The position numbers and the translations under genes were made by a program. From Eledone cirrhosa (taxonomy: Eukaryota), in assembly GCA_964016885.1 (NCBI GenBank), contig OZ024740.1:59086001-59150000 (forward strand): a stretch of 64,000 bases of DNA. Reading direction: 5' to 3'. Of the stretch, positions 54,270-64,000 are shown in pieces. The notes beneath the pieces were generated by a model. It saw only the letters and a program-made list of their open reading frames with translations. It was not told where the DNA came from and did not search any database. Positions within the stretch are counted from its first letter, which is position 1. Every line of letters begins with the position of its first letter.

Positions 54270-54490
54270 TTAGTCTTGTGGGCCCCTTGACATGTTTCTC
54301 CATTTTGCTTTTTCCTTTGCATACCAACACCATAGCCTTCATTTCCTCCTCCATCATTTTTAACCATGTCTTTCTTGGTCTTCCTCTTTCTCTGTTTCCT
54401 TCCACATTGATTTCCATCATTTCTCACCCAGTCACTTTCATCTTTCCTCAACATATCACCCAACCATCTCATTCTATTTCTCTTCACAAT
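54270..54490 (-). mobile_element. RTE-like 3' remnant
   Basis: RMRWLGDMLRKDESDWV. Confidence 0.6.
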
Positions 54491-54658
54491 ATTAGAAAGG
54501 TTATCAGAAGAAATAAATCTATAGTGACAAAGAAAATATGTACCCAGCAGTTACTTCTACAACATAACATCAACTCTAACTCACAATAAGTTGGACTATT
54601 GTTATAGACTAGTGGGCCCATGCTATCGATAGTGATGGCAAAAATGATGAATATATTA

Positions 54659-54828
54659 CCGTATTTCCTGGTTCCGAAGACGCTTCACCCTCGAGGAAGC
54701 ACTCTAATTTTGACAACCAAAAATTTGAAAAAAAAATAATAAACAACCTTTGGACTCCAGGATGCAGGGTAGATTTTTGAGACTTATTTTAGGAAAAAAA
54801 GTAGCGTCTTCGATGCTGGGAAATACGG
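54659..54828. mobile_element. Tc1/pogo-type MITE with TA TSD
   Basis: TA-CCGTATTTCCTGGTTCCGAAGACGC ... GCGTCTTCGATGCTGGGAAATACGG-TA. Confidence 0.8.
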
Positions 54829-55044
54829 TAAATGTTTTTAGTCCAGGATTACCAGATATATGAACAACTACAAAGTGAGAAATTTGTTTTGATGTATTAG
54901 GGTTTGCATAAAAAACTATAGTTTATACTAATTACTGATTTGTATGGGTGATTAAAGATAAGAATGATATTTTAGTAATTTATTTCTAAGACACAAATAC
55001 TTAAATGTCCAGCATTAGGGTGCCATATAGAATTAAATGTATGA

Positions 55045-55376
55045 GTTTTTTCTACTACTGGCACTCTGTCAGTTATGATGATGAGTGTTCCAATTGATCC
55101 GATCAATGGATCAGCCAGCTTGTGAAATTAACATGCAAGTGGCTGACCATTTCACAGACATGTGCACAATTAATGTAGTTCTCAGGGAGATTCAGTGTGA
55201 CACAGAATGTGACAAGCTCACCCCTTTGAAATACAGATACAAATCCTTTTTGCCAGATGAGTGGACTGGGGCAACTTAAAATAAAGTGTCTTGCTCAAGC
55301 ACATGATACGCCACCAGGAATCAAACTCATGACCATATGGTTGTGAGCCGAATACCCTAACCACAAAGCCACACAT
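55045..55376 (-). mobile_element. tRNA-derived SINE family C (shares the core with family B)
   Basis: AAAGTGTCTTGCTCAAG core, tRNA-like head at the right end, distinct 3' body. Confidence 0.75.
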
Positions 55377-55539
55377 CTGAGCTATTTATAGGGAGAAAGG
55401 GATAGAATTCATGGCTTTGTATTTGGAATGTAAACTGCTTAATATAACATCGCGAGTTGGAATGGCTTTTCCAGCGCGTCTCCCTCACCATCCTCCACCT
55501 TCTCTATTCTGTCCGCCAGAGAGTGGGCCCCCATTTGTT

Positions 55540-55733
55540 CATAATAATTGTTTCTATTTTTGGCACAAGGCCAGCAATTATCTCAGTGTATTACTGGTAC
55601 TTTATTTTATCAACCCTGTAAGGATGAAAGGCAAAGTTAACCTCGGTAGGATTTGAACTCAGAATGGTAAGGGCCGTAACTCTTTGCATCAAAGCATGGT
55701 GTCTGACCCTCTACCGATACTGCCAATCCACCA
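55540..55733 (-). mobile_element. SINE family A, full length
   Basis: Tail, core and head present. Confidence 0.85.
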
Positions 55734-56306
55734 TTTGCTCATAATAATGAGAGATGGAGGCAGTGACAGTGGAAGGCTGGTTCCTTTATGTTCGGACCTG
55801 GTGTATATGCATATGTTTCACAAACACACACTCATGTATGTGATGGAGGATCAGTTAATACCAGCTTAAAAATGAGAAAGCACGACTGATTTTATGTGTG
55901 CAAATTTAAAAAAATTACAGACAGATATAATCATGTAAACACATATGGCATATTATGGTTGATTAACTGTAAAATGTACTTAAACAACTATTTATATATA
56001 TTTCTTTACATTTGATACATTGATATTATTGACTGTAAACAAAATGTTATTATTATAACAGTAGGTGGTAGATTTTCTTACATGTAAAAAGGACAAAATA
56101 TATAATATGGATAATTTGCAATCTTCAAAGAGAAGTGACTGCCTATAAAATCTGATACTATGTGTGTATGGTGTGTACAAGTATGTATTGATTGTGGGTA
56201 TGCGTGTATAGATGATATATATATATATATCATATATATAGTGGTAGAACACTGGGAGGTAATATCCATAGTGGTAGAGCACTCAGTCCATGGGACGAGT
56301 TAGGTA

Positions 56307-56706
56307 GAAGTGGTTACACAACAGTTAGTTCACCATACCGAGAACAATTGTTTCACTTTAGCGGATCCTCAGCTCGTAATGGACATGGTTATACGGAACA
56401 GGAAGGACAACCGTACGAACGCGCATGCACAGAAACGATCACTTCACACAGGCAATACTAAAATGCGTGCGAGAGGTGTAAGGGAGATAACTGCGAAAGT
56501 CTGAAAAGTTTCTAGTTGATTAGAAAATTAGGATGTTTCCAGGCGTGTGGACAACATGTGAAGAATTCATTTCTCAATGCGTCGTGTGGACTATGTATTG
56601 ATGAACGAATAAATATTCTAAAGAGATTACGCAATCGTGATTGCCTAAACACGAGAAATGAATTCTAAACACGAGAAATGAATTCTAACTGTTGTGTAAC
56701 CACTTC
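56307..56706 (-). mobile_element. 400-bp element with 22-bp terminal inverted repeats and a hammerhead motif (retrozyme-like family 3)
   Basis: GAAGTGGTTACACAACAGTTAG / CTAACTGTTGTGTAACCACTTC; lies between (TA)n tracts. Confidence 0.65.
56333..56382 (-). ncRNA. Type I hammerhead ribozyme motif with weak stem II
   Basis: Minus: CCAUUACGAG-CUGAGGA-UCCGCUAAAGU-GAAA CAAUUG UU-CUCGGUAUGG; palindromic stem III ACAAUUGU, GUU triplet. Confidence 0.6.
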
Positions 56707-56729
56707 CATGATATATATATATATATATA

Positions 56730-57368
<639 letters not shown>

Positions 57369-57370
<2 letters not shown>

Positions 57371-58044
57371 CTTTCTGGAGAATAGAGGAAAGGTGTTTCC
57401 TCAAAAACCAGTATGACTCTAAAAACCGGTTTGTCTGTGCGTTTACATACAGAATAGCTGGATACTCACAGTAAAGTAACCAGTGAAAGACTTGGTACAT
57501 CTACATATGTATACGTGTGTGTATTCATATGCATACTAGTATTTCAGTATGCATATGTAGATGTACATTTTTAACTTAATTGTTTAAGCGTCAGTCATAC
57601 AAAAGTCAGTTACAAACGAAACGAAATTTAATTTCGTTTCGTTATTTGTTTTTATCGTCTCCGTTGAACCGGTACGTACTCACACTCTATGCAAATTAGT
57701 CTGCCCACTACTAATTTTCATAGAAAAAGCATATAACGATATGTGCTTTTACGATTCTCCAGAAAGGCCGGTAGATAGGTAAATATTGCTGATGAGTTGT
57801 AACAACAACGAAACTAGTCCAATGTTCCTTGTCTGGCTTTCTGGTGAATAGAGGAAAGGTGTTTCCTCGAAAACCAGTATGACTCTAAAAACCGGTTTGT
57901 CTGTGTGTTTACATACAGAATAGCTGGATACTCACAGTAAAGTAACCAGTGAAAGACTTGGTACATCTACATATGTATACGTGTGTGTATTCATATGCAT
58001 ACTAGTATTTCAGTATGCATATGTAGATGTACATTTTTAACTTA

Positions 58045-58049
<5 letters not shown>
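57369..58049 (+). mobile_element. 466-bp unit in 1.46 tandem copies with a hammerhead ribozyme (retrozyme-like family 2)
   Basis: 57369-57583 is repeated at 57835-58049; many hairpins; (TA)n on both flanks. Confidence 0.85.
57782..57826 (+). ncRNA. Minimal type I hammerhead ribozyme
   Basis: AAUAUUG-CUGAUGA-GUUGU AACA ACAAC-GAAA CUAG UC-CAAUGUU; all core nucleotides intact; predicted GUC cleavage after 57819. Confidence 0.9.
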
Positions 58050-58109
<60 letters not shown>

Positions 58110-58110
58110 C

Positions 58111-58141
<31 letters not shown>

Positions 58142-58143
58142 AC

Positions 58144-58184
<41 letters not shown>

Positions 58185-58194
58185 ATACAAACAT

Positions 58195-58534
58195 TAGATG
58201 GGTTGTCCTATTGTGGGCAATTCCAGGTCGGGTGACCTTGCCTGCTCATACGGGAACTGATTTTGGCTTGATTCCTACAACTGGATGCCCTTCCTCACAC
58301 CAACCTCATTTACAGTGAGTGCTGGGTGCTTTTTGCCGTGGCACCTCCACGACCACTTTACAGTGGAATGATAGGGACCCAGTCCCTATCATCTCTTTTC
58401 TACAGCTGAGTAAACTGGAGCAATGTGAAATAAAGTGTCTTGCTCAAGGAAACAACACATCACCCGGTCTGAGAATTGAACTCACAATCTTTCGATTGCA
58501 AGGTCAATGTTCTAACCACTAAGCCATATGCCTC
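58195..58534 (-). mobile_element. SINE family B variant with alternative RTE-type tail
   Basis: Head and core as 56771; 3' part equals 61644-61790. Confidence 0.88.
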
Positions 58535-58630
<96 letters not shown>

Positions 58631-59141
58631 CGTATACATATGAACATGCATTTTTATGCACATCTGTGAACGGATTTACATACATATATACACACACCTA
58701 ACTGTATTTTCTTGATGGATTTTTATGTATTTCATTGGTCTATTTAAAATCTGTTCCCAAACAGACCTGTAATTTTGAATTGTTGTTATTATCAATAAAT
58801 TTGCATCATTATTTCTGAAGACAGCATATATATGTGAAGGTATGTATATTCTCTTTGATAGTTTGTATAATTTTGTACATAGATCTTTTGAATATGCATA
58901 CCAATTCTAACACATATATGTCCTAGAAACGATCGTAAAATAATGAACTTTTTTTGTTTAATATAAGGAATTGTTTCTTTGTTTATTCATTATTTTTTTA
59001 ATATTTTATCTTGACTCTGTATTCCGTTTATCTTTCACCGAAAGTGATTTTTGACTGCATCTCTTCTTTTCATGATATCCGGATTACATTGAGTTCTTCA
59101 TACGGATTGGACACTACCGTAAACTTTTGGTAGCTTTATCT

Positions 59142-59215
<74 letters not shown>

Positions 59216-59219
<4 letters not shown>

Positions 59220-61498
59220 CTTTCACTAAAATACAAATTTAGGAAAGCCCTTCAAGATGTATATGACGAAAAAGAAGACGATTTAGAGACGTATGACATA
59301 GATAATAACTGGAAGTTCTTACGTGACAACTTGCTGCAGGCTACTGATGAAACCTGTGGTTGGAGCAGAGCTCCAACCAGACAGAGAGTGACCTGGTGGT
59401 GGAACAGCACAGTAGATAAGGCTATTAGAGACAAAAGACTAGCATGGAAGGCTTGGAAAAAGGGTGGGAGTAGGGAAGAATATACAGCCACTAAGAGAGA
59501 AGCTAGACGTCAGGTGTACTTAGCACGCAGGGTGGCAGAGAGTAAGAGGTTTGCCAATGTTCTGCGACGGGAAGATCAGAGGCGTGCGGTGTTCCACGTT
59601 TCAAGGCAGTGTGTCAATACAAATCAGGATGTTGTTGGAGATAAATGTGTCCGGGATGATGCCGGTGTACTTAGTGTCACGAATGACCAGAAAAAGGAGG
59701 CCTGGAAATGTCATTATGAGAGACTGATGAATGTGGAGAACGAATGGGAGAGAGAGAAATTACCCTTGGTAGATCCGACAGAGGGACCAGCTATTGAGAT
59801 TGACGAATATAGGGTCCAAGAGGCGATTAGGGAAATGAAAAATGGTAAGGCGGCCGGACCATTGGGAATAGTTGCTGAGATGCTGAAGGCATCAGGGGAC
59901 GTAGGCACTAAACTGGTTGCATGCATCATCAATCAGGCTATATATGGTGGTGTCATACCCAAAGACTGGTGCAGCAGTATTCTCATAAATTGCTACAAAG
60001 GTAAAGGGGATGCTTTGGAGAGGAGCAATTATAGGGGTATAAAACTGATAGATCAGGTTATGAAAGTGGCAGAAAGGATTTTAGCACAACTAGTTAGAGA
60101 AAGGGTCAAACTAGATGAGATGCAGTTTGGTTTTGTGCCTGGGAAGAGTACAACAGATGCCCTCTTCTTGGTGAGACAAATGCAAGAGAGGTTCTTAGAG
60201 AAGAATAAGCCACTATACTTAGCCTTTGTTGACCTAGAGAAGGCTTTGATAGGGTACCCCGATCTGTCATCTGGTGGTCCCTAAGGAAGCTAGGTGTTGA
60301 GGAATGGCTTGTGAGGACAGTGCAAACTTTGTACAGAGGTACTCTCAGTAAAGTCAGGGTAGGAATGGAGTTTAGTGAGGAATTCCAGATACAAGTAGGA
60401 GTACATCAGGGTTTGGTCCTCAGCCCGCTCTTGTTCATTATAGTCCTCCAAGCCATAACAGAGGAGTTTAAGACTGGCTGTCCATGGGAACTTCTCTATG
60501 CTGACGATCTGGCTCTTATAGCAGAATCAGTAGAGGATCTAGAGAATAAATTCCAGCTATGGAAACAGCAGTTGGAAGCAAGAGGACTGAGAGTAAATCT
60601 AGCTAAGACAAAAGTGTTGATGAGTAGAAAAGAGGACAAAACCCTGATTCCGTCAGGGAAATGGCCATGTTCGATATGCAGAAAAGGAACTGGCATAAAT
60701 TCTATAAAATGCACACAATGCAGGTCCTGGGTACACAAGAGATGTAGCGGGATAGCAGGCAAACTAACAGGTAGGGAGAAATATGTATGCAGTAGATGTA
60801 CAGGGAAATTAGACAGTAGAAGTCGCACTGATAGACACATTTTTCAAATGCGAGAGGGCGCTATAGAAGTGGTGGATAGCTTCCGGTATCTAGGAGATCA
60901 GATTAGCATTGGAGGATGGTGTTCCGAGGCCATAGTATCTAGAATAAGGACGGGTTGGAAGAAGTTTAGGGAGCTGCTTCCTCTGTTGATGAAGAAGGGT
61001 TACTCCCTGCGTACGAAAGGCCGGTTGTATGATGCCTGTGTGAGGAGCGCGATGCTGCATGGTAGTGAGACATGGGCAGCAACCGCAGAGGATATGCGAC
61101 GGCTGGAGAGAAATGAGGCAAGCATGCTCCGTTGGATGTGCAGTGTAAATGTGCGTGAACGACCCAGCATAAAAGTGTTGAGAGAGAAACTGTGTCTGAG
61201 AGGGATAGAATGTAGTGTACGGGAGAGGAGACTGAGGTGGTATGGACATGTGATGCGCATGGAGGATGACCGATGGGTGAAGAAGTGCCAGGAAATGCCA
61301 GTTGAAGGAAGACATGGTAGAGGTAGACCACGAAAAACATGGGCGGAGGTGGTGAGAACAGACCTCAGATCATTGAAGGTCACGGTGGAGATGACGAGGG
61401 ACCGTGACGAGTGGAGAGATGCTGTGCTGAATAAGACCCGTCTCACCCTTGCAAGCAGGGAAAAGCGGACGTAAAATGATGATGATGATGATGATGAT
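59216..61498 (+). mobile_element. Young 5'-truncated RTE LINE; ORF open except for one frameshift near 60248
   Basis: TWWWN, NYRGIKL, QFGFVPGKSTTDA, FVDLEKA|FD, GVHQG, LYADD, PHD-like insert, FRYLG, RLRWYGHV, GRGRPRKTW; (GAT)n tail. Confidence 0.97.
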
Positions 61499-61534
61499 AT
61501 ATATAACATATACATATATATATATATATATAAC

Positions 61535-61635
<101 letters not shown>

Positions 61636-61643
61636 ATACAAAC

Positions 61644-62336
61644 ATTAGATGGGTTGTCCTATTGTGGGCAATGCCAGGTCGGGTGACCTTGTCCTGCTCA
61701 TACGGGAACTGATTTTGGCTTGATTCCTACAACTGGATGCCCTTCCTCACACCAACCTCATTTATAGTGAGTGCTGGGTGCTTTTTACCGTGGCACCTAC
61801 ACGGCCACTTTACAGAGGGAGGAGATGGGGGCATATTGTCTATATGCTTCAGCTTCAGCTTGTACTCGTGGGAAGTCGGGTCTTCTGTATTACTGTGTGA
61901 CGCTAGAGGTGTAATACTATTGGAGCATGCCAGCTTCGTTTTTTCTAATCTACGCAAGTCTTCTACACACAGCGCCCAGGTGTGACTACCATGTAACATT
62001 GCTGTTTGTATGCATGCATCATACAGTCTGCCTTTCATCTTGAGGAAAAAACCTTTTGCAGCTAGCAGTGGCAGTAACAACCTGAACTTCATCCATCCCG
62101 TTCCTACCCTGGTTACTGTACTTTCTGAACACCCACCTCCACTGCTAATTTGGTCACTTAGGTAGCAGAAGCTGTCTACTGTTTCTACAGAGTTTGGTAA
62201 TGCTTGCTTCCTGTGGCTGTTTGCTGCTTACTGTCCAGGGGAAGCTGCTACATGTAAAGCCTACATTCCTAACTAAGCTTCTTAAGATCCCACTACATCT
62301 CTTGTGTACCCATAGATTGAATTTGGGGCAAAGAAT

Positions 62337-62340
<4 letters not shown>
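61644..62340 (-). mobile_element. Internally deleted RTE 3' fragment
   Basis: KMKGRLYDACIQTAMLHGS; 5' end abuts (TA)n. Confidence 0.85.
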
Positions 62341-62412
<72 letters not shown>

Positions 62413-62580
62413 GTGTGTGTGTGTGTCGGATGGTAGCTAAGATGCTTCCATAGGCGGTATGCCGGTTGAGCATTCTATGCTCTTACAGAGCAGAGTATGA
62501 TAAAATGAAACAATTGTAACACACAATAAATTGAGTTCAGATGCATCACTGATTTTACGATTTATATTATATATATATAT

Positions 62581-62729
62581 TTGGTGTTAGGAAGGGCATC
62601 CAGCCATAGAAAACCTGCCAGACAGTCCTATACGAGCGAGACGACCAATCTTGCCTTAAGTGGGACAATTCCCGTCTAAACCCATGCTAGTGAGGAAGAT
62701 AGACGTTAAACGTTGATGATGATGATGAT
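62581..62729 (+). mobile_element. RTE/SINE 3' tail fragment
   Basis: GTTAGGAAGGGCATCCAGC...GACGTTAAACG(TGA)n. Confidence 0.8.
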
Positions 62730-62774
62730 ATATATATATATATATATAGCTCTGCCGTCGGGGTTAAACATTTT

Positions 62775-62846
<72 letters not shown>

Positions 62847-62920
62847 AAAATGTTTAACCCCGACGACAGAGCTCAAGCCGTTTCGACAGCTATTTCTGGA
62901 CTATATATATGATATATATA

Positions 62921-63070
62921 TCATCATCACCGTTTTATGTCTGTTCTTCCACGCTAGCATGGGTTAGATGGGTTGTCCTGTTTTGTGCAGTGTCCGGTCA
63001 GCTGACCTTGTCTTGCTCATACGGGAACTGATTCTGGCTGGATTTCTACAGCTGGATGCACTTCCTATCA
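62921..63070 (-). mobile_element. RTE/SINE 3' tail fragment
   Basis: Reverse complement of 14110-14260. Confidence 0.8.
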
Positions 63071-63199
63071 TTCAAAACGGCTTGAGCTCTGGAAAAATTT
63101 TCCTATATATATATATATATCATATATACATCTTATATATATCATATATATATCATTTATATATATTATATGTATATATCATATATATATCATATACAT

Positions 63200-63235
<36 letters not shown>

Positions 63236-63355
63236 TATAGACATAGAATATTCGAAAATATTCTGTATGTTTATAATAAACATTTTGAAGACCTAATCGC
63301 TATAGAATAGAATACGTCACGTATTACAATTAGATTCTCGATAAAAGCAAGGGAA

Positions 63356-63398
63356 GTAATCTACGCGTTTCATTCTCGTAAGAAATCATCAGGACTAC
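63356..63398 (-). ncRNA. Minimal type I hammerhead ribozyme, copy 1
   Basis: Minus: GUAGUC-CUGAUGA-U UUCU UACG AGAA U-GAAA CGCG UA-GAUUAC; predicted GUA cleavage between 63362 and 63361. Confidence 0.88.
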
Positions 63399-63665
63399 AT
63401 ATCCAGTGCTTTTATCGAGAATGACACAGCTAGAGACTTATAGAATACTTAGCTGTGTACAGGAACTGGTTTGAAAGAGCGGTTGCCGGTCCGGCAGAAA
63501 TTAGAAATTGGAATAAATGCTCTGAAATAGCGATATATATGTGAATATAGACATAGAATATTCGAAAATATTCTGTATGTTTATAATAAACATTTTGAAG
63601 ACCTAATCGCTATAGAATAGAATACGTCACGTATTACAATTAGATTCTCGATAAAAGCAAGGGAA

Positions 63666-63708
63666 GTAATCTACGCGTTTCATTCTCGTAAGAAATCATC
63701 AGGACTAC
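63666..63708 (-). ncRNA. Minimal type I hammerhead ribozyme, copy 2
   Basis: Identical to copy 1, +310 bp; a third partial copy starts at 63976. Confidence 0.88.
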
Positions 63709-64000
63709 ATATCCAGTGCTTTTATCGAGAATGACACAGCTAGAGACTTATAGAATACTTAGCTGTGTACAGGAACTGGTTTGAAAGAGCGGTTGCCGGT
63801 CCGGCAGAAATTAGAAATTGGAATAAATGCTCTGAAATAGCGATATATATGTGAATATAGACATAGAATATTCGAAAATATTCTGTATGTTTATAATAAA
63901 CATTTTGAAGACCTAATCGCTATAGAATAGAATACGTCACGTATTACAATTAGATTCTCGATAAAAGCAAGGGAAGTAATCTACGCGTTTCATTCTCGTA

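Larger units (their letters stand above)
63232..64000 (-). mobile_element. 310-bp tandem array, at least 2.5 identical copies, one hammerhead per unit (retrozyme family 1)
   Basis: Equivalent positions at 63241, 63551 and 63861; no differences seen between units; begins at a (TA)n tract and runs off the window. Confidence 0.92.

Noticed and set aside
59127-59215. N-terminus of the 385-aa ORF
   Set aside because: YIYI run from (TA)n; RTE homology begins at ~59216

Overview
Eukaryotic, AT-rich, repeat-saturated DNA. The SINE/RTE families and (TA)n abundance suggest a coleoid cephalopod such as Octopus (inference). No intact host gene is supportable. The first 11.4 kb is a 43-bp satellite with higher-order structure. 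The rest is a mosaic of RTE-clade LINE copies with a PHD-like finger inside the RT, their partner tRNA-SINEs, a near full-length Tx1/L1 element sitting in an (AAT)n tail, and remnants of Penelope-like (GIY-YIG), CRE, R4-like and CR1 elements and MITEs. The main result is non-coding: several unrelated, highly structured elements embedded in (TA)n tracts carry minimal type I hammerhead ribozymes. These are a perfect 310-bp tandem array at 63232-64000 (minus), a 466-bp partial tandem at 57369-58049 (plus), a 400-bp element with terminal inverted repeats at 56307-56706 (minus), and degenerate motifs. They look like non-LTR retrozyme families predicted to give self-cleaved monomer/circular RNAs, probably mobilised by Penelope-like elements. 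All folding was done by eye.
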